From the NCBI GenBank assembly GCA_039029735.1, contig JBCCFL010000002.1, positions 104,684-168,683 on the forward strand: 64,000 nt of DNA, written 5' to 3'. The notes beneath the pieces are model-generated. The model made no database searches, was not told the DNA's origin, and saw only the letters and a list, made by a program, of their open reading frames with translations. The DNA comes from Actinomycetota bacterium. GTDB taxonomy: Bacteria; Actinomycetota; Acidimicrobiia; Acidimicrobiales; SZUA-35. Positions 17,515 to 25,984 of this stretch are shown piece after piece (position 1 is the stretch's first letter; the number at the start of each line of letters is the position of its first letter). The position numbers were made by a program, and so were the translations under genes.

Positions 17515-18897
17515 TCAGTTCAGCGCCGATCGCTGGGCTGCAATGACCTCACATGTCACGTCCTGGTAGTCGAACGTGCCCTCGAGTTCGCCGTAGGTGT
17601 CGTCCCGCTCGGACTCGCCGGGCGCCAGATCGCCGATGACGCCGAAGTCGGCGCCGATGTAGGTGCCGTCGGGGCCATACAGCTCGTAGTCGACCACGAA
17701 CGCCGACCGCTCGGCTGAGTTGTTGCTGAGCGTCACGAACACCAGGTAGCGGCCGAACTCGTCGAGGCCGGTGACCTCACAGGCGACGGTGCCGGTGGCG
17801 GGCACCACCTCGGAGAAGTCGATCTCGCCCTCCGCGATGGCCTCCTCGCGCCGGCCTTCGTCCGGCGTCTCACCCTCGGTGGCCGTACCGGTGCCGCCGC
17901 CGTCGCCGCCGCGGAGCAGCGCGAAGCCGACGATGCCCAGAATCAGCACGCCGAGCAGTACTGCGATCCCGATGGCGATGGCTCGGCCGTTGCTCGATCC
18001 TCCGCCACCGCCGGGTGGTGGGGCGTAGCCAGGGGCGCCGGTACCTCCGAGGCCCGGCGGGGGGCCAGCCGGCGCGCCATACCCGGGCCCGCCCGGGCCG
18101 GGCGGAGGGTTGTAGCCCGACAGCGCCGACGGCGGCTCACCGGGAGGTGTGTAGCCCGGTGCGCCTGCGCTGTAGCCCGGCGTGGGAGCCGCAGCGGTCG
18201 GATCGTAGGTCGGGGTGGTGGCGGCGCCACCAGCGTCGTACCCGGGAGGTGCTGCCGCTGATCCCGGCGGGGCGTAGCCCGGGCTCGCCGGTGGAGCGTC
18301 GGGCGGCGCGTAGCCCGGCGAGGCCGGCGGTGCGCTCGGAGGGGCGTAGTCGGCGGCCGGTGCGCTGGGAGGCGCGTAATCAGGCACCGCCGGGGGAACA
18401 GCCGGCGGGTCGTAGCTCGGGGTGGCCGGCGCGTTCGGAGGGGCCTGGGCGGGGGGCGGTGCCTCCCCTGGGGGCGCGTAGCCCGGCGCCGACACGGGAG
18501 GCTCGTACCCGGGAGCGGGCGGTGGGGCTCCCGGAGGTGCGTAACCCGGGGCGGGCGGCGGTGCACCGACTCCCCCCGGAGGGGTGGCATCGGGTGGCGG
18601 TGGCGGGGTGTAACTAGGAGGGGCCGCGGGAGGTGGTGCTCCTGGAGGCGGCGCTCCCGGAGGGCCCGACGGCGGGGTGTAGGCCGACGGGTTCTCGAAC
18701 GACGGTGGGGCGTAACTCGGCGGTTCCTGGCCGAGCGGCGGTGGCGCCCCGGGTGCCAGCTGGGTGGCGCTCGCGTCGAACTCCGGAGGATCGAACCCGC
18801 TGAGATCCGCGTCGGCGTCGGGGGGTGGCTCCGGGGGTGCCCAGCCACCGTGGTCGGGCACTGCAGGGTCGTCAGGATGGTCACCGCTCACCGCCAC
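17515..18897 (-). CDS. Pro-rich single-pass membrane protein with a C-terminal globular domain
   Basis: About 300 aa of degenerate P-rich repeats (GYAPP, APPSAP) are followed by a TM segment (IAIGIAVLLGVLILGIVGFALL) and a ~130-aa extracytoplasmic domain. Confidence 0.6.
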   Translation of the reverse strand: MAVSGDHPDDPAVPDHGGWAPPEPPPDADADLSGFDPPEFDASATQLAPGAPPPLGQEPPSYAPPSFENPSAYTPPSGPPGAPPPGAPPPAAPPSYTPPPPPDATPPGGVGAPPPAPGYAPPGAPPPAPGYEPPVSAPGYAPPGEAPPPAQAPPNAPATPSYDPPAVPPAVPDYAPPSAPAADYAPPSAPPASPGYAPPDAPPASPGYAPPGSAAAPPGYDAGGAATTPTYDPTAAAPTPGYSAGAPGYTPPGEPPSALSGYNPPPGPGGPGYGAPAGPPPGLGGTGAPGYAPPPGGGGGSSNGRAIAIGIAVLLGVLILGIVGFALLRGGDGGGTGTATEGETPDEGRREEAIAEGEIDFSEVVPATGTVACEVTGLDEFGRYLVFVTLSNNSAERSAFVVDYELYGPDGTYIGADFGVIGDLAPGESERDDTYGELEGTFDYQDVTCEVIAAQRSALN

Positions 18898-18996
18898 TGT
18901 CTACCAGACGGCCCCGTCGTTGTCGCCGACTCGGCGGCGTTGTCACAGGGCCTAGCATGACCCGATGATCAGCAGTCGTCGTGGCCGAGCAGATCG

Positions 18997-19578
18997 ATGA
19001 GCCGACCGTTCGTGATGCGATTCGTCACCTCGGCCGACCGGGTGGAGGGGTTGCCCGATTCCGAGGCCGAGGTGGCCGTCGTCGGGCGCTCGAACGTCGG
19101 GAAGTCGTCGTTGATCAATGCTCTCGGGCACTCGAAGAAGCTGGCGAAGGTGTCCAACACGCCGGGCCGCACCCGCCTCCTCAACCTCTTCGCCATCGAA
19201 GGCGGTGGCAGCATCGTCGATCTTCCCGGCTACGGCTACGCCAAGGCGTCCAAGGAGCTGCGGGCCGGGTGGCAGCGCATGATCGACCGCTACCTCCTCG
19301 AGCGCGACGGCCTGGCGATGGTGGTGGTGCTCGTTGATGGGTTGGTGGGCCCCACCGACCTCGATCAGGAGATGCTCGACTGGCTCCGGGCCCACGACAT
19401 CCCCCACACCGTGGTGGCCACCAAGCACGACAAGGTGAAGGCATCGATCCGCACCAAGCGCAAACGGGCCCTGGCCGAAGGCTGCCAGCTCGAACCCGGC
19501 GACATCGTGTGGGTGAGTTCCCAGAACGGCACGGGGATCGACCGTCTGCGCAGCCTGATGCTCGGCTGGCTCGAATAG
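18997..19578 (+). CDS. engB: Ribosome biogenesis GTP-binding protein YihA/YsxC
   Basis: It has G1 GRSNVGKSSLINAL, G3 DLPGYG and G4 TKHDK. Confidence 0.9.
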   Translation: MSRPFVMRFVTSADRVEGLPDSEAEVAVVGRSNVGKSSLINALGHSKKLAKVSNTPGRTRLLNLFAIEGGGSIVDLPGYGYAKASKELRAGWQRMIDRYLLERDGLAMVVVLVDGLVGPTDLDQEMLDWLRAHDIPHTVVATKHDKVKASIRTKRKRALAEGCQLEPGDIVWVSSQNGTGIDRLRSLMLGWLE

Positions 19579-19593
19579 CGCCCATCCGGGACA

Positions 19594-20805
19594 ATGAGCA
19601 GCATGTCTGACGTCACTGCTGCCGACACTACCCTCGTCGACGATGCCCTCGACGCGCTCTTCGCCGCCGCCTCGCCCACCATGGGAGGCAAGGAGTTCCG
19701 CGGTCACCAGTTCGATCACGGCCTCGCCTGGGTGCACTTCGACAAAGGCCACGGCGGGCTGGGCGTGAGCCCACAGCTCCAGAAACGGGTGGAGGAACGG
19801 CTCCGGGCCGAGAAGGCGCCCGGCGCCGATCCGGCCAGCTTCTTCCTGAACCTCGCCGGGCCCACGATCCACACCCACGGCAACGAGGAGCAGAAGGCCC
19901 GGTTCCTGCGGCCGATGTTCACCGGCGAGGAACGCTGGTGCCAGCTCTTCAGCGAGCCCGGTGCCGGATCTGACTTCGCCGGCCTCGCCACCAAGGCCGT
20001 GCAAGACGGTGAGGAGTGGATCGTGAACGGGCAGAAGGTGTGGAACACCATCGCCCACCTGGCCGACTGGGGCATGCTCGTCACCCGCTCCAACCCAGAC
20101 CTGCCCAAGCACAAGGGCATGACCTACTTCGCGGTCGACATGCAGTCGCCCGGCGTTGAGGTGCGGCCACTGCGCCAGATCACGGGCGAAGCCGAGTTCA
20201 ACGAGGTCTACATGACCGACGCCCGAATCCCCGATGCCAATCGCATCGGCGACGTCGGTGAGGGCTGGCGGGTGTCGCTCACCACGCTCATGAACGAGCG
20301 ATCGGCCATCGGTGGCGGTGGTGCCCCCAAGCGTGGCTCGGGGGCGATCGCGGCGTTGGTCGGGGTGTGGGAGAAGCTGCCCGACGATGAGAAGACGGCG
20401 GTTCGACGCGACGAGTTGATGCAGCTGTGGATCGAGGCGGAAACCCTGCGCCTCACCAACATGCGCGCCAGCGAGAACCGTCGGGCCGGCAATCCCGGAC
20501 CCGAGGGATCGGTGGCGAAGCTCGCCTACTCGAACCTCAACAAGTCGATCTTCGAAGCCGCCGTCGCGTTCCAGGGCCCGACGGGTTTGATCGGCTACGA
20601 CTACACCTTCCGGCGCCCCGAGGAGCTGTCGGCCACCGGCAGCGAGAACGGGGTCGGCCACGCCTTCCTTCGAGTGCGGGCCAACTCGATCGAGGGTGGC
20701 ACCAGCGAGATCATGCGCAACATCCTCGGCGAGCAGGTGCTGGGATTGCCCGGTGAGCCCAGGGTGGACAAGGACGTGCCCTGGGTGGACGTTCCGAGGA
20801 GCTGA
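19594..20805 (+). CDS. Acyl-CoA dehydrogenase family protein
   Basis: 403 aa with FSEPGAGSDFAGLATKA, WNT motifs and a C-terminal EGGTSEIMRNILGE. Confidence 0.9.
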   Translation: MSSMSDVTAADTTLVDDALDALFAAASPTMGGKEFRGHQFDHGLAWVHFDKGHGGLGVSPQLQKRVEERLRAEKAPGADPASFFLNLAGPTIHTHGNEEQKARFLRPMFTGEERWCQLFSEPGAGSDFAGLATKAVQDGEEWIVNGQKVWNTIAHLADWGMLVTRSNPDLPKHKGMTYFAVDMQSPGVEVRPLRQITGEAEFNEVYMTDARIPDANRIGDVGEGWRVSLTTLMNERSAIGGGGAPKRGSGAIAALVGVWEKLPDDEKTAVRRDELMQLWIEAETLRLTNMRASENRRAGNPGPEGSVAKLAYSNLNKSIFEAAVAFQGPTGLIGYDYTFRRPEELSATGSENGVGHAFLRVRANSIEGGTSEIMRNILGEQVLGLPGEPRVDKDVPWVDVPRS

Positions 20806-20807
20806 CC

Positions 20808-21620
20808 GTGATCCCCACCGAGGCCCAGATCGAGACCTTCCGACGCGACGGTGTGGTGAAGGTGGAGCGCGCCGTCGATGAGCACTGGATCGACGCCCTC
20901 ACCGCCGACGCCGAACGGGAGCTCGCGGCGCCGGGGGAGTGGCTGAGCGACACCAACCCGGGGGCCACGGTGGATCGACTCTTCACCAGTCGCTACCGGT
21001 GGCAGCACGAGCCCGTGATCGACTCCTTCATCCATACCAGCGGGGTGGCCGAGCTGGCGGCCCGGCTGATGGGCAGCGATTCCGCGCGGTTCTACTTCGA
21101 CCATCTGCTGGTGAAGGAACCCCAGACCACGGCGCCGACGCCATGGCATCAGGATCTTCCCTACTGGCCGTTCCTCGGTCGCCAGATCGGCTCCGTGTGG
21201 GTGGCCCTCACCTCGGCCACGGTGACGGGCAGCTCGCTCGAGTTCGTGCGGGCCAGCCACGACTGGAACAAGGTGTTCATTCCAACGGCCTTCGCCGGTC
21301 AGTCGGACTGGCTCGACGACTTCGCGGGCGGTGAGCCGTGCCCCGACATCGAGGCGGCCCGCGACGACTACGACATCGTTGGCTTCGAAGTCGAGCCGGG
21401 CGACGCGCTCGTGTTCTCGGCCTGGACCGTACATGGATCACCCGGTAACGCGGAGGACTCACGACGGGTGGCGTTCTCCACTCGCTGGTTGGGCGACGAC
21501 ACCGTGTGGCAACCCCATCCCGGATGCGACCCCACCGTGGATCCGGCGACGGTGTCCGTGGCCCCCGGCGCCTACCCGGCCGACGACGCCCGCTTCCCGC
21601 TGGTCTGGTCGGCCGCCTGA
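20808..21620 (+). CDS. Phytanoyl-CoA dioxygenase (PhyH) family Fe(II)/2-oxoglutarate oxygenase
   Basis: GTG start. It has the HxD motif in PWHQDLPYW and a distal His in WTVHGSPGN. Confidence 0.8.
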   Translation: MIPTEAQIETFRRDGVVKVERAVDEHWIDALTADAERELAAPGEWLSDTNPGATVDRLFTSRYRWQHEPVIDSFIHTSGVAELAARLMGSDSARFYFDHLLVKEPQTTAPTPWHQDLPYWPFLGRQIGSVWVALTSATVTGSSLEFVRASHDWNKVFIPTAFAGQSDWLDDFAGGEPCPDIEAARDDYDIVGFEVEPGDALVFSAWTVHGSPGNAEDSRRVAFSTRWLGDDTVWQPHPGCDPTVDPATVSVAPGAYPADDARFPLVWSAA

Positions 21621-21650
21621 GCGCTCAGGCTGGTCGGACCGGCCGGCGCA

Positions 21651-23252
21651 TCAACCCGGAAGGCTCCAGCGTCGTGCGTTGAGCAGCCGGAGGAGGCGCG
21701 CCGAGTCGGCCGCCGCGATCTCAGGGGTGCGGGCGAGCGCCTCGACGAGGAGGCCGACGACGTAGCGGTCGCCGTCGGGAGCCGCCTCGATGGCGTCGAT
21801 GACCGCCGTCGCCAGCGGTGCGTCCACGGCGTTGTTGGCCGCCGCCTGTACGAGGGCCTGCGCCGCCTCCTCCCGCACCGTGGATCGGGAGCCGCCGGCG
21901 CCGTTGCTGTTGTCGGGTTCGGCCGCGGGATCGAGCCGGGCGACCAGCGCAGCCACGATGGCCGGGCCGTCCGCGTCGGAGTGTCGCACGGCGTAGCCGA
22001 GGCTGCATGCGGCGTTGGAGCGCACGAGGTCGTCATCGTCATTGCCCACCGCATCGATCAGCCCCGCCACGGCCGCGGCGTCGGTGCCGGTGGCGGAGTG
22101 GCCGAGCGCGCCGACCGCTGCCCGTCGAACCGGTGCCCGCTCGTCGGTGAGTGCAGCGGCGGCAGTGGCCACCCCGGCGGCACCGGCGGCCCGCAGACCG
22201 TTCGCCGCGGCCCGTCGCACGCGCTCTTCATCGTGACGGAGCCCGGCTCCGAGTTCGGCAAGGCTGGCCGTTGGGTCGGGATCGCTCGTTGCTGCTGCGG
22301 CAAGCGAGTAGGCGGCGTCGATCCGGGCAGGTTCGTGGTCGGCGTCGAGGGCGTCGGTTCCGTGCACCGTGTGGTCCCGGTCGCCGAGATCGGTCCCGCC
22401 TGGGCGGGGTTTGCCGCCGGTGAGCCACGACCAGGTGGCTGCTGCCGGCGACGCTGGCGTGGGCCCGACCGATGGCGTGGGGTCGACCACGCGACCAACG
22501 TGGAACTTGTAGAGGTAGCGCGGGGCTTCGGCTCCCGTCGTGCGCGACCCACGGTGGACGAGGTCGTAGTGCGCGAGCACCACCGATCCGGCCGGCACGG
22601 TCACGAACCGGGGCTCGGCCGCAGCCGAGCCGAAGGCCCGTTGAACGGCGGCGGTGAGCACCTGATCTCGAGCCGCCAGGTCATCGTCGTCGAGCGCACC
22701 GCCCCGAACGGTGCGGTCGATCCGATCGCCCGGATGCCAGGAGCCGTCGGCTCGTTCGTGGTCGATGGACCAGTACTGGCTGGCGGGCACCACCTGCGTC
22801 GGGCCGTTGGTGAGCGTGACTGCCTGCGGGTAGTAGAAGAGCAGCACGCACTCCGGTCGGTGGCTCCTGATGTGGCCACGTTCGTTCCAGGGCAGGTTGC
22901 CGTCCTGATGAAACAACTGGTCGGCGGGGCTCGACTGATGACAGAAGCTGTGAGGGTGCACCATGTGCCCCGGCCCAACGATCGCATCGAGCGCGCCGGC
23001 CACCGCAGCATCGGTGAGCATCCGGTCGAGCAATGGGATCCGGGCCCGCAAGTTGTCGCCGAGGATGTCGAGATGTGCGGTGGGGCTCTTCGTCGCCGCT
23101 GCCTCGGCATAGAGCCCCTCGGCGTGGTGGTACAGCGCGTCGTGATCTTCGACGGTCAGCGACGAGGGCGAGATGACCAGGTAGCCATCGGTGCAGAACC
23201 GCCACACGTCGGCCTCGTCCAACACCGAGGACGACGCCCGACTCTTCGTCAT
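21651..23252 (-). CDS. PhyH-like dioxygenase fused to C-terminal HEAT-like repeats
   Basis: I chose the ATG at 23252 (MTKSRASS...). The N-terminal half has HxD (LFHQDG) and a distal His (YDLVHRGS). The C-terminal ~200 aa has repeated helical units (RVRRAAANGLRAAG, APVRRAAVGALGHS, LVRSNAACSLGYA, VREEAAQALVQA). Confidence 0.7.
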   Translation of the reverse strand: MTKSRASSSVLDEADVWRFCTDGYLVISPSSLTVEDHDALYHHAEGLYAEAAATKSPTAHLDILGDNLRARIPLLDRMLTDAAVAGALDAIVGPGHMVHPHSFCHQSSPADQLFHQDGNLPWNERGHIRSHRPECVLLFYYPQAVTLTNGPTQVVPASQYWSIDHERADGSWHPGDRIDRTVRGGALDDDDLAARDQVLTAAVQRAFGSAAAEPRFVTVPAGSVVLAHYDLVHRGSRTTGAEAPRYLYKFHVGRVVDPTPSVGPTPASPAAATWSWLTGGKPRPGGTDLGDRDHTVHGTDALDADHEPARIDAAYSLAAAATSDPDPTASLAELGAGLRHDEERVRRAAANGLRAAGAAGVATAAAALTDERAPVRRAAVGALGHSATGTDAAAVAGLIDAVGNDDDDLVRSNAACSLGYAVRHSDADGPAIVAALVARLDPAAEPDNSNGAGGSRSTVREEAAQALVQAAANNAVDAPLATAVIDAIEAAPDGDRYVVGLLVEALARTPEIAAADSARLLRLLNARRWSLPG

Positions 23253-23764
23253 GTCGAGAACAGCTGCCGGAATGGTCGGATGTTCCAGCCGATGTGGATG
23301 AACATCACGAGGACGGCGAGCAGGCCGGTGATCTGGTGCGGCGTTGCGAACCCGGCGACGTCCCACCACGCGGGGAACCCAGTGATCGTGCAGATCGCCA
23401 CGAGCGCGAAGAATACTGCGTTGAGTACGCCGAGCCCGAACTGCCGGTCTTGTCGGCCCCGCTTGATCAGCCGCATGATCCAGCCCCAGTTGCCGGTCAT
23501 GTGTACGGCGATGATCGGAATCGCCACGATGCCGATCCACGAGTGCTGGAGGTACCGCTCCGGGTTCCCGAAGTCACCTTCCCTCGTGATGAAGAGGGCG
23601 ATGAAGGTGATGAAGATGATCACGTCGAAGGTGATCTTGACGGCGCGCCGACGAGCAAAGGCAAGCACCGCGGGAGTCTGACACAGACTGTCCCGGAAAC
23701 GAACGGGGCTGCCGAGGCCGTCGGGATCAGACCATCGGGAGTCGAACCGTGACCAACGCCCCAC
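23249..23764 (-). CDS. Small polytopic membrane protein with two His-x13-His pairs (putative b-type di-heme protein, DUF4405-like)
   Basis: 171-aa ORF with an uncertain start, since the GTG at 23764 overlaps the kinase gene by 38 nt. The two pairs are HSWIGIVAIPIIAVH and HQITGLLAVLVMFIH. It lies in an operon after the response regulator and kinase genes. Confidence 0.55.
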   Translation of the reverse strand: MGRWSRFDSRWSDPDGLGSPVRFRDSLCQTPAVLAFARRRAVKITFDVIIFITFIALFITREGDFGNPERYLQHSWIGIVAIPIIAVHMTGNWGWIMRLIKRGRQDRQFGLGVLNAVFFALVAICTITGFPAWWDVAGFATPHQITGLLAVLVMFIHIGWNIRPFRQLFST

Positions 23765-25133
23765 CCAACGCGCTGTCGCCGATCACCACGGTGCCATCGT
23801 GATCAGTTGCGATCTGACGCACGATCGCCAGGCCGAGGCCGGATCCGCCTGCCTCCCGGTCGCGGGCCTCGTCGAGCCGCGAAAATCGTTCGAACACCCG
23901 CTCGCGCTCTGCCTCCGGGATGCCGGGCCCGTCGTCGCCGACCTCGAGCACCACCTCGGAGCCGAGGGGGCGGCAACGAATGCTCACGGTGTCGCCGTAG
24001 CGGGCGGCGTTGTCGAGCAGGTTGCGCACCATCCGGCGCAGATCGTGGGCGCGGCCCGGCATGCTCGCCGGCTCGATGGCATCGAAGCGAACGGTGGCGC
24101 GGTCGGTGGCGGTGACCATCTCCGCCTCGTCGAACACGATGTCGTCGAGGTGCACGGTGCGCACCTCGGGCCGCGCCCCCTGGCCGTCGGCATGGGTGGC
24201 GAGGAACAACAGGTTGTCGATCAGCTCCCGCAACCGGTCAGTCTCACCGGTGAGTCGCCGCTGCAGCACCGGCCACTGCTCGTCGTCGAGGTTCGCTGTC
24301 TCCAGCATGGCCCGCACGTTGGCCACGGGGCTCTTGAGCTCATGCGAGGCGTCGGCGGTGAACTGGCGCTGGGCGCTGGCATGGGCGTCGAGCCGGTCGA
24401 GCATCCCGTTCATCGTCACGGCCAGCTGCTCGATTTCGTCGCCGGTGCCCGGCACCTCCACCCGGGTGCCGAGGTGGGCGCCCGTGATGGCGTCGGTCTC
24501 GCGGCGGATCCGCTCGACCGGTGCCAGTGCTCGGCCGGTGACCCACCAGCCGAGCAGCCCTGAGATCAGCACGACCACGGGCACCACCACAGCCGACGAG
24601 GTGGCAACGGCCCGCATCGTCTCGGTGATCACCTCGGTGTCGGCGCCGGTCACCACCACGAGTTGGCCGTCAGCTGTGGTGGCCGCCGCCATCCGCAGCT
24701 TCTTCTCCTCGACCTCGAACTCGTTGGGCTTGCGCTCCTCGACCACCAAGGTGAGGTTGGACAGGCCGTTGAGATCCGGCGGGAGCGGGTTGCCTCGGGG
24801 GAGAAGAGATCCACTCGACGACACGAGCTCGCCGTCGGGGGTGGCGATCCACACGAACGCCTCCTCCTGCAGCGGCTCCACCAATGCCTCGGGCGCCGTG
24901 CCCTGATCGATGAGGGCGGCGCGGTCGCGAGCCTGAGCCTTCAACGTGTCATCGAGGTTGGCCGACAGGCTCGACTGCAAGAGGTAGACCAACCCGAGCT
25001 CGCCGATCGTCAGGGCCACGGCCACCACCACGGCCGACAGCACCGCCGCTCGGATCCGCACGGTCCGGAGTGCGCGGCGAAGCCTGGCGCCGAGCCGCCA
25101 CAGATGCGAGCCGCCGTTGGGATCAGCCGCCAT
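23727..25133 (-). CDS. Sensor histidine kinase (HAMP-HisKA-HATPase_c)
   Basis: I chose the ATG at 25133 (MAADPNGG...), an 11-nt overlap with the regulator gene. It has two TM segments, an H-box FTADASHELKSP, and G-boxes DDGPGI and GGSGLGL. Confidence 0.9.
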   Translation of the reverse strand: MAADPNGGSHLWRLGARLRRALRTVRIRAAVLSAVVVAVALTIGELGLVYLLQSSLSANLDDTLKAQARDRAALIDQGTAPEALVEPLQEEAFVWIATPDGELVSSSGSLLPRGNPLPPDLNGLSNLTLVVEERKPNEFEVEEKKLRMAAATTADGQLVVVTGADTEVITETMRAVATSSAVVVPVVVLISGLLGWWVTGRALAPVERIRRETDAITGAHLGTRVEVPGTGDEIEQLAVTMNGMLDRLDAHASAQRQFTADASHELKSPVANVRAMLETANLDDEQWPVLQRRLTGETDRLRELIDNLLFLATHADGQGARPEVRTVHLDDIVFDEAEMVTATDRATVRFDAIEPASMPGRAHDLRRMVRNLLDNAARYGDTVSIRCRPLGSEVVLEVGDDGPGIPEAERERVFERFSRLDEARDREAGGSGLGLAIVRQIATDHDGTVVIGDSALGGALVTVRLPMV

Positions 25134-25800
25134 CGGACTCGAGCCGGTAGCCGGCGCCGCGCACCGTGGTGATGGCAGCGCGATCGAACGGGAGGTCGAT
25201 CTTCTTGCGGAGTGACCGGATGTACACCTCCACGATGTTGGGGTCGCCCTCGAACGAGAAATCCCACACGTGGTTGATGATGTCGGGCTTCGACACCACC
25301 TGCCCCACGTGCCGCATGAGTACCTCCAAGATTGCGAACTCACGGGCGGTGAGCTCGATGGCCCCGTCGCCCCGTCGCACCTCGTGGGTGGCGGGGTCGA
25401 GCTGGAGATCGCCGGCGGCGAGCACGACCGGTCGCTCCTGTCCCCGACGCCGCAGGAGCGCTCGCAGCCGAGCGAGGAGCACCACGAAGGCGAAGGGCTT
25501 GGTGAGGTAGTCGTCGGCCCCGGTGTCGAGGCCCTCGGCCTCGTCGAGCTCGCCATCCTTGGCAGTCAGCATCAACACCGGCGTCCAGTTGTCGCGCTCG
25601 CGCAAGGTACGGCACACGACGAATCCGTTGATCTTCGGGAGCATGAGGTCGAGCACGATGGCGTCGTAGGGCACCTCGCCGGCAAGCCAGAGCGCCTCTT
25701 CGCCGTCGGTGGCCACGTCGACGGCGAAGCCCTCGGCTTCGAGGCCAGACCGCAGCGACGCGGCGAGCGCGGTCTCGTCCTCCACGACCAGTAGACGCAT
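25123..25800 (-). CDS. OmpR/PhoB-family response regulator
   Basis: It has a receiver domain (MRLLVVEDE...DLMLPK) and a winged-helix output domain (LTAREFAILEVL...VRGAGYRL). Confidence 0.95.
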   Translation of the reverse strand: MRLLVVEDETALAASLRSGLEAEGFAVDVATDGEEALWLAGEVPYDAIVLDLMLPKINGFVVCRTLRERDNWTPVLMLTAKDGELDEAEGLDTGADDYLTKPFAFVVLLARLRALLRRRGQERPVVLAAGDLQLDPATHEVRRGDGAIELTAREFAILEVLMRHVGQVVSKPDIINHVWDFSFEGDPNIVEVYIRSLRKKIDLPFDRAAITTVRGAGYRLESDGG

Positions 25801-25984
25801 TCGCCAACCCTACGGCGCGGGCGATGCCGGCGGATGCGGCGGTGGCTCGTTCGGTTCAGCCCCGCTTCAGCTTCCGATTCGTACGGTTCGCCTCGTGACC
25901 ACGACTCGTACTGCGCTCGATCCCCGGTCGTCCCAGTCGGTGCTTCGGCGCCTGCTCGGCCGGCCCTCGGACTGGCACCTCCGC

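Noticed and set aside
18952-20661. 569-aa ORF on the minus strand spanning engB and the acyl-CoA dehydrogenase gene.
   Set aside because: It is antisense to two genes with unmistakable family motifs. Its translation is Arg/Gly/His/Pro-rich with no recognisable domain. This is a typical shadow ORF in high-GC DNA.
21981-23681. 566-aa plus-strand ORF opposite the PhyH-HEAT and small membrane protein genes.
   Set aside because: It has no domain signature and spans two well-supported minus-strand genes. This is a high-GC artefact.
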